Source: Wallemia ichthyophaga EXF-994 (lineage: Eukaryota > Fungi > Basidiomycota). From it: DNA of 32,000 bases. The DNA lies in the NCBI RefSeq assembly GCF_000400465.1, contig NW_008806291.1, positions 215,925-247,924 of the forward strand. The letters run 5' to 3'. Of this stretch, positions 10,056 to 19,934 are shown in pieces (the stretch's first letter is position 1; each line of letters opens with the position of its first letter). The position numbers and the translations under genes are program-made. Under the pieces are notes generated by a model. That model made no database searches. It had not been told where the DNA came from and saw only the letters and a program-made list of their open reading frames with translations.

Positions 10056-12273
10056 TTATTGAAACATACCAGGCAATGAAGCAATCAATCCAATTACAGT
10101 ATGATGATACCTATCAAAAAATAACTGCGATCTGAGATTACCATCGTAATAAAGTGGTAGAGGACAGAGTTCATGATGCGTTGATTGTTTTTCACTTGGA
10201 TATTTTGTCATTTTCAAGATTTTCCGTTGGCCTACGATATCTCGCCAATGGTTGGCGGGCTTGGTTGAATCTGGTAAGCTGTCAATAGAATTCACTGAGT
10301 CTTTGTCGATCTAGTTGTGAGACGACTGAATGATTTGTCAAAGGTCCTTTCAAGGGGAACATGTGAAATTGACTTTGATGCGGTTCATTGCCTAAGAAAT
10401 GGATGAAGTCTGGTTGAAATTTGTAGAAAAAGAAAGATGCCCATGTCCCTGATTTGCAAATTACTATCGTAGTCAAATCATTTTCATGGCGAATACATTC
10501 TGATGAACTTCTTATAAAAATATTTTGCTTTAAACCGTTTCCCCGATTTATTATTCTCTTTTGCATAATCAACCTCTTTGATATGTGTGTTGATGAGGTG
10601 TAGATATTTAGAAAGGAGTCTACCAAAAGCTCCCTTCAAAGTTCCTTTATATGTTTTGATACGACGTTCAAAAGGAGAGAAAAGAAGTCGTCAAAGAAGC
10701 ATATTTCATTCTTTTTGATGAATTTAGATAGCCTGAAATCTCTAATTCTGAGTGACAGCAGATTCTGAAGCTTACGTAGCCTGCCGGGAACGTCATGGCC
10801 AACATATAGAACTGATTGGACACTCCTAAGCCATAGGCTTATAAAGGAAACTTATCGATAGCGTAGGATTTTTTTCCCCAGCTATAATTAAAGTTGTCTT
10901 GATCCTTGATTTGTGGCTTTGTAGTGATCTGCTTCGTGAACCGTCCAAATTAATCTTTGTTTTATCAGCGCTCAAATCCTTGAGGTTGCTTGTTCCACCT
11001 AGTGATTCTAACACGCCTGAATAAGAGCATATCAAGCCAGCTGGACTAAGAAGAGACGAGTGTTTTGTAGGTGGCGTCTCAAAATCCGCTTGTTATTTTC
11101 GGCCTTGAAAGTCTACGGTAAATACGAGATTTTCAAGCTTCTTTAATAGGGCTGGATTTGGTATGTTGATGTGCCTAATGTCATGAGGAGATGCATAAAT
11201 GTTCATAACATTAGAAAATGTGAGATAAAATGTGCTAAATAATGAAAGGGGCAGCTATTCGGTCTTTGGGTGTGGTTGAATCGGTGGCATATCATGATTG
11301 AAATCCTTGAATTATGGTAATCGGCTGATGGAAAGTTGAGACATCGAAGCAAGCAACAATATCACTTCATCTCGCTCAGCTACTTGGTAATTACAGATAT
11401 TTCAAACGACAATATCTCGCGAATGATTGACCATTCCAGTCAGTGGCACATTGTGCACGTCGTTAAAATTTGGCCAACTGAATACACCAATAAATGATTT
11501 CTGTGCATTGTTGAGCTCGATTATCATTGCTCTAATATCTGCTTCATTAAATGTTGGCTCCAACCATTTCCTGAGTCTAATGCAATCTCTTCCATTTTTG
11601 CAGACTGGTCCTTAGCTATAGATAATGTGCTTAATTCCTCTAAACCTAAGTACTTTATTATCGCGTATTTATTTGTTGATTCCATGGATGGAAATAAAAC
11701 CTCCCGGTCATCAAATCTTGTAGATATCCTGGAAACATCGAGATTAACCAGGTTCTTAAATTCCTTGACTTTTTCACGTAGCCCACCTTCTTCAACATTA
11801 ACAACAGAGGATGAATGATACTCTATAAGAAAACTCGGCGTAAATGATCTCTTTTAAAAACCTGTTTGTTAAGCAGGGCTTGAACCATCTCAGACAGTTG
11901 CTCTAAAATCTCAACGTGCTGGAATATTGACATAGTCGCCTTCTAGTCCCTAATTCTCAAGTGAATCAGTAACGATGGCAGCTTCACACTCCCTCCTATG
12001 TATCCAAATTGAGTTTTCACAATCCTCTTCAGTACGCTCGTGGTCAGTAAGATCACCTTTGAACGCTCCCGTTCCTTCTTTCTCTAAGATTCCCTAAGTA
12101 AGACTCCTAATCTGAGTCTTCCTCAAACTGAATATGTGGCTCGTACTCTGATTTAGAGTTATGGTCAGACTCATTGTTAATACAGGCTATTGCTCCAAAT
12201 CTTCTGGCTCTGTATCTGATTCCAGACTTTAAGTCTTGTTTTCAGGTGTCATCTCAATGATTTTGCGTTTCAT
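10056..12273 (-). pseudogene. Second decayed gene: acidic N-terminus, then possible F-box-like and LRR-like fragments
   Basis: ATG at 12273 gives MKRKIIEMTPENKT*SLESDTEPEDLEQ* (stops at 12231 and 12189). Protein-like fragments in shifting frames: SIFQHVEILEQLSEMVQALL, KEFKNLVNLDVSRI, ALLKKLENLVF and LRKLQNLLSLRIRDF. The 3' boundary is approximate. Confidence 0.55.
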
Positions 12274-13218
12274 AGTGGTCTGCAATTTAGCTTATAGGCG
12301 TGCCGGAAAAAAGCCAAAGAGTAGGAAAAGGATGAGAAAAGAAAAAGGAAATTGGGCTTGGTCGCATTGGTCGCAAATAATGGCTGCCTGTCACATGAAC
12401 GCAATATCTAAAACCCACTTAACGCGCACCTACACGAACTTTAGAGAATGCTCTCACCGATGACACGGCTAGGTCAAATTCCACGCAAGATACTGGTCAG
12501 ATATATCCGCGGCTGTACGAAAACGTCCAGTAGAATCGCGGCCAAAGTGCGTAGTATGCGATTGATATAGACGAATACGGAACATAATAAGAGTGGCGAC
12601 TACATATACACTCTTACGCCAGCAGGTTGAAACATGATAAGCCGATTTTTGGCAAATTTTCAACTGATTTCTGCTGCTACGCTCCTCCTACCAAGTACTT
12701 TGCCTCAATCGATGATCAAATGGCAAATAATTATAGAAGCAGACTGACTATACACAACGACTGGTCATTTCCTACATGTTCAATCACAAACATTAACCGT
12801 ACTTGTGGATCCAAGGCGTCAATTGAGCAGTAACGTCAATTTACAAACTAGCGAATCAACATTAGTCAAACACTTCAGAAGCAGTGACTTTACACGATTC
12901 TGACTTTCCCAGTCGACGTTGTGATGGCGAATTTAGGCACTTTCATCTTTTGCAGAGACTTAATATTGGTCCAGGTGTTGACGCTGTTTTTAGTGCTGAT
13001 TTATTTACTTTGACTTAATCTCTCAAATTCATTACTCAAAGTGATTATCATCGTTCATTTATGTTTAATAGGTATGATGCATATCTACTAATCCTTTTGT
13101 ATGCTGTCTTCATTAAGCTTAATACATGACAATTTACTTACACCAGTATATTTAGAAAAAACTGTAAATCATTCATAAGAAACTAACAAGAAATCCAGTG
13201 ATAAGACCACTCGTGCAT

Positions 13219-13654
13219 CTATTGAGAGAGTTCAGCAGCCTTCTTGACGAATCCTTGAAGCTGTGAGTGTTGTGAGAAAGGAACGAGAAAGAAATGAGAA
13301 GAAAAGGTCACCGACCATTGGAGGAGCAGCACCGCTAAACGAGTCCTTCTTTTCACCGTCTTTGAACAGGTAGAAAGTAGGCATAGATCTGATGGACAAG
13401 TGTTCGGCTATGTCGCCAGCTTCATCAACATCAAAAGATGCAAACTGGACCCCAGGTGTGGACTCAGCGAGTTTCTTAAATACAGGAGCAACGAGCTTGC
13501 ATGGCGCGCACCCGCATTCGCGTTTTAGCTCAATTCGGTGTGATTTTGGGCCAACTTACCAATCTGCCTCCGCTTTGATGACCGTTGGCTGGTTTGAGCC
13601 AACAAACTCCATGAATTGGTTTAATGAGCCAAGGTGGACTACTGGATCGGACAT
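13219..13654 (-). CDS. Thioredoxin (WCAPC active site); intron 1 acceptor is non-canonical
   Basis: Exons 13654-13560, 13511-13316 and 13260-13219; 110 aa. Product: ...VIKAEADWCAPCKLVAPVFKKLAE...FDVDEAGDIAEHLSIRSMPTFYLFKDGEK... Intron 1 ends in CGG instead of CAG. Confidence 0.88.
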
Positions 13655-14235
13655 GGTTGATTAATCTGCGATGGTTTGGGTTCAAGCCGTGATAAAAGAG
13701 TCAGATCACGTAATCGCAGGATAAAAAATAGACTTAAAGTGAGTGTGAGCTTTTAATTTCTACAAATCTGCTAATATAGATAAGATGGATTGATTGAAAG
13801 CGTGGTTTCATCGTCATCTGCAGTTTCGAGAGAGTTGGAGTGATGATGCAGTTGCAAGTACATCGCATAATGCAGGCGGTTGAGGTGAGATGAGAGCGAT
13901 AAATAAGAGTGCATCTTTCACGGCTCAAGCAGGGCTATGCGTCGAACGTTTTACTTTGACATTACCAGAAGTATTGCATGTCATCCGAGAAGCTGACACA
14001 AAGCGGCGGATATTGAGTGGGTCAATGATTTAGAAGTGTAGTTGGAGCGATTACATGACTTCGAAAGTAAGGGCGCTGTTGTTTTGCCGTTGATCGCGCT
14101 ATGACGTAGATGTGCATCAATAACAGAAATGGATGAGATATTCTCGCTCAAGAGAATTTGTCAAAGATCTGCATAACATGAAGCAAATTTGTATCAATCA
14201 TTAATACTCGTACATTAAATACACTGCGCTTAAAC

Positions 14236-15411
14236 TTAGAGCTTGTTCTCTGAAAGCAAGTCTGTGCAGGCCACCTTGACACGCTCGACGATTGCCTTTT
14301 CACCCTCGCGGACCCCTGCAGAAAAGTTAGATAGGCTCTAAACGGTAATGATATAAACTTGCAAACTCTTGGGTCGAAAACCTTTTTGTTTGGTTTGTCA
14401 GCTTTGTGATGGTTAGTACTTTCGTCTGAAGGGCTATGACCGTGACTAACCTCCTTCTGGGTTACCAACTTGTGTCATAAGGTAGTCCTTCTTGTTGAGA
14501 ATGTAGTCACGGTGACCACAGAGGTAAGCCCATTGGACATCAGTGTCGACGTTCATCTTGACGACACCGTTGACGACAGCAGTCTTAATTTCCTCCTTGC
14601 TGGAGCCGGAGCCACCGTGGAAGACGAGGAAGAGTGGCTTCTCGTGCTTGCTGGAGGATTGCTCACGAGCGTACTTTTGGTGGTCTCCGAGGATCTCAGG
14701 GGTGAGCTTGACGTTGCCTGGCTTGTAAACACCGTGGACATTACCGAAGGCCGCGGCGATAGAGAAGGATGGGGAGATGGCGGAGAGGGCCTGGTGGACC
14801 TTGTAGACCTGCTCTGGCTTGGTCATAAGGCTGGAGGCGTCGGCGGACTCGTTGTTGACACCGTCTTCTTCACCACCGGTGATACCGATCTCCATTTCGA
14901 GCCATTGGCCCATCTTGGCCATGCGGGAGAAGTACTTGACGCAGGTGCTGATGTTCTCCTCGTCAGACTCCTCACTCAAGTCAAGCATGTGGGAGGAGAA
15001 GAGAGGAACGCCGTTGACCTTGTAGTAAGCCTCGTCGGCATCGAGCATGCCGTCGAACCAAGGGAGGAGCTTCTTGGCGCAGTGGTCAGAGTGGAGGATA
15101 ACTGGGACACCGTAGAGAGGGGCGACGGTGCGTACGTGGTGGGCGAGAGCGACCGAGCCGGCGACAGAGGCCTGCTGCTTGTCGTTTGGAAGACCCTTAC
15201 CAGCGAGGAAGGCACCACCGCCGTTGGAAATTTGGAGAATGATTGGGGATTTGATGTCGCGTGCAGCCTCGAGGACAGCGTTGGCGACGGAGGAAGAGGT
15301 AATGTTGACGGCTGGCATGGCGTACTTGTTGGCGCGGGCGTGTTCAAACAACTTGAGGGCATCGACGCCGCTCAAGACGCCTGGTTGTACAACTGAGAGT
15401 GCTCCTGACAT
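14236..15411 (-). CDS. FBA1: Fructose-bisphosphate aldolase class II
   Basis: Exons 15411-14451, 14401-14363 and 14315-14236; 359 aa. Motifs HSDHC, SSHMLDLSEE, EMEIGITGGEEDG, AAFGNVHGVY, VFHGGSGS, KMNVDTD and DPRVWVREGE. Intron 2 is GC-AG. Confidence 0.98.
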
Positions 15412-15457
15412 AATATTTAGATGATGATGGTTTGGGAGAGAGGGGCGATGCGCTGGC

Positions 15458-15463
15458 TTTATA
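15458..15463 (-). promoter_or_regulatory. Probable TATA box of FBA1
   Basis: TATAAA on the minus strand, 46 nt upstream of the FBA1 ATG, followed by a pyrimidine-rich leader. Confidence 0.5.
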
Positions 15464-15526
15464 CTCCAAATGAAAAATAGTTGACATCAATTGGGTGAGT
15501 GGGATAATCCAATGACTTAAGAATTG

Positions 15527-15651
15527 GCGTGGGTTGGGCGTGGGTACAGCGTGGATCTGAGTGGTTGGATTGCGGTGAATATGCATACCTCATTATCGCT
15601 GCTCGCATCTGCGGTATTGAGTCTTGTTGGGGATCCACGGTGGATCCACGG
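15527..15651. repeat. 11-bp-phased CCACG-core motif arrays upstream of FBA1
   Basis: GCGTGG at 15527, 15538 and 15549; GGATCCACGG at 15631 and 15642, which also form the palindrome GGATCCAC-G-GTGGATCC. Confidence 0.7.
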
Positions 15652-15881
15652 GGATTCTTGGGATTGGTGGAGTGCGTCGATGAAATAGCCATACATACGA
15701 CCCAATTCGACCACTCAATCCGCTCATTTTAATGTCTTCCTTTTGTGAATTTGGTATTACGTCATATCCAGATAATTTCTATGACTTTCGTTGGGTTACG
15801 GGAGGTGGAAAGTAGCTTGAAGGGGAATTGCGTTGAGATTTCCATTTCGTTTGTTGTTTGACTCTTTCACATCCAATCAAA

Positions 15882-16345
15882 TGTTTAAACGGTTTGAATT
15901 GGTTGTCGTCGGTATTTCTAGCTACCCGCACGAACTGATGATGCAATATTTGAATCACAGGATTTAATCGGGAAAATATCTAATGAATGCATTCAATGTG
16001 CTCCAAACGTGCAATTAAACGTGGGTGATAATCGCTCGAACTGCCCTGAGAAAGATGAAAGAATACTTGTACATGATCACATTGAGTATGTTTATATTGG
16101 CTGTTCATGGCCGTTGATCTATGTGCTGTATTTTACCCCTTCAAATCCCCATTATACAGCATCTCAACCGTCTCAACGCGTTTCACTTTCTGTAACGCGT
16201 AGAAAGTGGTCTATAAGCAGTAAATAGGCTAACAACGTCTACATATGCAGCAGAAATAGTTTTATTGTTTAAATAAGCTGAATTGGATCCATCCAATAAA
16301 TGCAGTAAACGCGATTTTGTTGTCGGTATTTCTAGCTATCCGCGC
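15882..16345. repeat. Duplicated ~50-bp non-coding element in the FBA1/Sds3-like divergent spacer
   Basis: Identical 17-mer GTCGGTATTTCTAGCTA at 15908-15924 and 16322-16338. Each copy is preceded by TGTTTAAA-N5-TGAATTGG (15882-15902 and 16266-16286). Confidence 0.8.
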
Positions 16346-16754
16346 AAACCAACTGAATACACGGAAAGCTTTGAGGATGAGTAGCTGAGCAGATGTATTC
16401 ACGCTGTTAGCCGCGTGAACAGGAACGAGGATTGCGGATTCGTGAAACACAACAAATTCAAGGCACTAGCCACGTGCTTGTCGGCCGCTACTGTGTTATT
16501 TAAGCAGCCCACATTTCTTCCCTCATTCCCCTACGGTTCGCCGTCTTGGGAGCCTAGTAAAGCGGGTATAACCCTTTCACCGTAAATAGTCTGCGCTGCT
16601 CCCAGTAAGCTTGATTTTAACTCGTTCAACTATCTCAACCCTTCAATAAGACCTGGTATTCCGTTTAAAGTCCCCTTTGAGCGATAATCCTAGAACATTT
16701 GCTATCATCACTTGGTCTCTCTAACCTCAACCACCAAGACGAGGCAGTCCGCAG

Positions 16755-18097
16755 ATGAGCACATCAAGCCTCAGTTCACCAGAATCATCGCGCGGGAGCG
16801 ATAAGATAGTTGTAAATTTCCACGATAAGGGCGCTACCAAGGGATTTAGCGATAGCGGTTCAGAAGCCTCGACTCAACCGCTCAGCAAATCCAGCAGCGA
16901 GCTGTCGGAGCCACCCGAGGATAGAATAAAGGCGGAGGAGGCTGTGCATCCTGCCATCGCCCACGAACCCACTCTCGCTTCCGCTCTCGATCCAATCCCT
17001 TCAAACATTCCGCACGAGCTGGCTATGGATCCCCCGCCTGAAGCTGTCGCAGCGCCTACAACTGAGAAAGAGGTCGGTGCTGGTGAGGCGCTGATTGACA
17101 TGGCGGTGGATGGCGAGGCTGAGGAGGCTGAGCCGGGCGAGAAGGTTGAGGAGCAACTCGAAAAGCAGCAGCTGGACGAGGAGCAAGACCAAGACGAGGA
17201 GCAGCACCCCGCAACAAACCCGCCACCAACCGAACATGAAACACCTCAACCCCCCTCGCCCTCACCCTCACATTCACACTCACATTCGGACGAAAACACA
17301 CATGCACACACTGCCACAACGACGGGCACATCCACAGCATACCACGTCGACGACGAGCGCGAAGATGCCCTCGCCCACCTCACCAAGCTAGAGATAGAAT
17401 TTGCGATGCTGCGCAATAAGCTTTATGTGGAGCGTATGGAAGACGTAGGGCGGGAGAGTGCGATGATCGCAGATGGCACACACCCCGAATTACAGCATCT
17501 ACACACTATACTCGCTCAAAGACGCGATACACGACTCTCTCTCGCCAGCATAAGGTTGAGGAAGCTCGAGGAATCGCACAAAACCACTTTTCGCGCTGAG
17601 CAGACCGCTGCCTGGACTAACTGGGTTGAGGGCGTGAAGCAACTCCACTATGGGCAGGGTGACAAGGTCGAGAGTGGCAGCTATGGTTGGGGTGGTGGGT
17701 TGCAGGGCAACGATAGGAAGAGGAGGAGACTCGAGAGAGAAAAGGAGGCGCTCGAGGTGCCTAAAATCCTTCAACGGCCGCCCATTGCTCACCTCGCCAT
17801 CAAGGCTACTCAACAGCTCGCTTCACTCCCACCCCCTCAATCCACGGCAAGTAAAAACAAAAAACGCGGCAGATACCCGAGGAAAGACCACATCAACCAC
17901 GATAAACAGAAGGTGTCGATGAATAATTGGCACGATCTCAATTCCATGTTCGGTGAGCCGTTGAGTAGTATTGAGGATGTCCAGCTGGCGAGGCAGGCTG
18001 TGGACGAGGATATGATGGCGATGAATGTGGGTGGTGTGCGTGTGGTCGGTGCGCAACTAACCCACAGACAGGATCGACAGCAGGAACTCCACGTTGA
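16755..18097 (+). CDS. Sds3/Dep1-like Sin3-HDAC complex subunit
   Basis: LAHLTKLEIEFAMLRNKLYVERM...IADGTHPEL coiled coil typical of the Sds3 family, after an acidic N-terminus. A probable 41-nt intron at 18027-18067 (GTGGGT...CTAAC..CAG) gives a stop at 18097; unspliced, the stop is at 18152. Confidence 0.85.
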
Positions 18098-18196
18098 AAC
18101 GGAAACAGACCACAGCAGACTAATGCAATCCAGCCATCCGTCGCCGTTGTAATGTAACGAAATATATGTGATATTAGTACCCCTTGCACCTCGACA

Positions 18197-19058
18197 ATGA
18201 CGTCACGGATCAATATAAACACACACAACCAGTACAAGAGCCCGGGAGTGGTGCGCGGAATGCTATCCGGTGATGCACTGGTGCAGTTGCGGGAGGTGAG
18301 TGGCGTGTGTGTATGAGCAAACAGCGCTCACGCTCGCAGTGGTTTGACCACGCAGTGCAAAACGGCGTGGAAGAACCCGAGGCGGTGAATGTGTCTACGG
18401 TGGACAAGGCGGGCATCCCCAACGCCCGCATCGTGCTATCCAAGAGCATTAGCAGGTTAGGCGTGTCCTTCTACACCAACTACCGTTCCGCCAAGGGAAA
18501 TGAGCTAGCGAGTGTGCCGTATTGCGCCATGACGTACCACTGGCGCTATCCACACACAGACGCACACACGCACACACAACGCCAGGTCAGACTCAGAGGC
18601 AGGGTGGTTCAGGCGCCAGTGCACGAGTCGCACGCCTACTTCAATGGCAGGAGTGAGGAGTCGCGGCTGGGCGCATATGCCAGTAGACAGAGCAGCGTGC
18701 TTCCCCCGCTTAACCACGCAGATGACGGGAAACAAACGCTTTTGCAGCAGTTGAAGGCGGAAAAGGATAAATCATCCCCAATCAGTCACTCCTCGCCTGA
18801 TTTCTGGGGTGGATATATTCTAGTCCCGTTGTGAGGGCGTAATGCGTACAAAAGTATCCATCTAACGACACACACAGCCACGTCGAATTTTGGTCTGGCC
18901 AGCCGAGCAGACTGCACGACAGATTCTTGTATTCGCGTGATCCGCAAGACGTGGAGAAGGCATTGCCAGCTGATGCAGCCACGCCGATCGAGAGTGTGGA
19001 CAAGGTCGCAGACGCGGTAGAAAAGGTCCCATGGACGATAGACAGGCTTTCTCCGTAG
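18197..19058 (+). CDS. PDX3: Pyridoxamine 5'-phosphate oxidase
   Basis: Exons 18197-18295, 18340-18830 and 18878-19058; 256 aa. Motifs EPEAVNVST, PNARIVLSK, FYTNY, RQVRLRG, YFNGR..SRLGAYASRQS, FWGGY, EFWSGQPSRLHDRF and W..DRLSP. Confidence 0.95.
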
Positions 19059-19081
19059 CCTTTTTTGTGACTTTAAATGCA

Positions 19082-19516
19082 CTACATTCTTGCCAGGTAT
19101 CGCGCGCCGAATCCAATCACAGCGCCCACACACGCGCACCCGCCCAGCAACTGGTATAGCGGCAGCCACGTCAGACTGAGACTGGCCGTTGAGATAGATA
19201 CACGCGGTACGAGCAGCAGCGGGATAGCGAGCGGAGAGACGAGTGCGAGAATGACGTCAGCCAATTTAACGACGATGAGTATCAGTGTTTTGAAGAGAGC
19301 GTCAAGGAGTAGCGGGAGGCGTAGTCTGTGCACCGCTCGCACCAGCAAATACACTACACCACCCAATCCCGTGCTGTCGCCCGCGCTATCACCCGCGCTA
19401 TCACCCGCCTCTACCGCCTCGCTCACGCTGTCAGATTCCCCCGGCAGCGTCTCGAGCAGAACGCCGAGCATGCCCGTCAGGAGTGTTATTTTCAATATGC
19501 TCTTTGTTATCGTCAT
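19082..19516 (-). CDS. Hypothetical small membrane protein (~144 aa)
   Basis: Intact ORF with a hydrophobic N-terminus, an acidic GDSA-repeat linker and a long hydrophobic C-terminal half. An alternative ATG at 19567 would overlap CRIPT. Confidence 0.7.
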   Translation of the reverse strand: MTITKSILKITLLTGMLGVLLETLPGESDSVSEAVEAGDSAGDSAGDSTGLGGVVYLLVRAVHRLRLPLLLDALFKTLILIVVKLADVILALVSPLAIPLLLVPRVSISTASLSLTWLPLYQLLGGCACVGAVIGFGARYLARM

Positions 19517-19554
19517 CCGCTCCTGCTTCTCGCCGGCTGGCTTCAAGAAGCACC

Positions 19555-19881
19555 ATGGTGTGTGCAAAATGTGAAAAGAAACAGACCAAAGTGGCAGCGC
19601 CCGACCCCTTCCGCAATAAGGCCCTCGGTGCGTCAGCGTCGACGAGCAAAGCCGGCAAGACTGAAGAACGCGACGACCTCGGGAAGAACAAACTGCTGTC
19701 CAAGAACAGATACCTCCCCTACGCAGCTAAAGACGGTGGCTCTAAATGCAAGGTCTGTAAACAGGCAACTGCCAGACCAGACGCGCGATACTGCCAGAAT
19801 TGCGCTTATAAGAGGGGCAAGTGTAGTGTGTGTGGGGTGAAGCAGATGGACACTACGTATCAGAAGATGTCAGCCAAGTGA
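19555..19881 (+). CDS. CRIPT: CRIPT-family cysteine-rich protein
   Basis: MVCAKCEKK..K...PDP...NKLLSK.RY.PY...CKVCK...YCQNCAYKRGKCSVCG...DTTYQKMS; 108 aa, intronless. Confidence 0.93.
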   Translation: MVCAKCEKKQTKVAAPDPFRNKALGASASTSKAGKTEERDDLGKNKLLSKNRYLPYAAKDGGSKCKVCKQATARPDARYCQNCAYKRGKCSVCGVKQMDTTYQKMSAK

Positions 19882-19934
19882 TGTTATGTTGTGTACTTGA
19901 TATATTTATTTGAATACGGGATATGTTTTATATG

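Noticed and set aside
8400-12273. Stop-codon recoding, RNA editing or RIP as the explanation for the broken frames
   Set aside because: All three stop types and several frameshifts occur, while flanking genes use the standard code. A RIP-like bias cannot be established without an intact reference copy.
12469-12944. Short ORFs and a possible further gene remnant between the pseudogene island and thioredoxin
   Set aside because: No consistent frame, splice signals or motif.
13392-13664. 90-aa plus-strand ORF
   Set aside because: Antisense shadow of the spliced thioredoxin gene.
14470-15396. 308-aa antisense ORF over FBA1
   Set aside because: Codon-register mirror of a highly biased gene. Strong C-ending codon usage suppresses antisense stops; no independent motifs.
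15936-16049. Possible box C/D snoRNA (TGATGA...CTGA)
   Set aside because: No terminal stem, and no rRNA-complementary guide that I can verify; such short boxes occur by chance.
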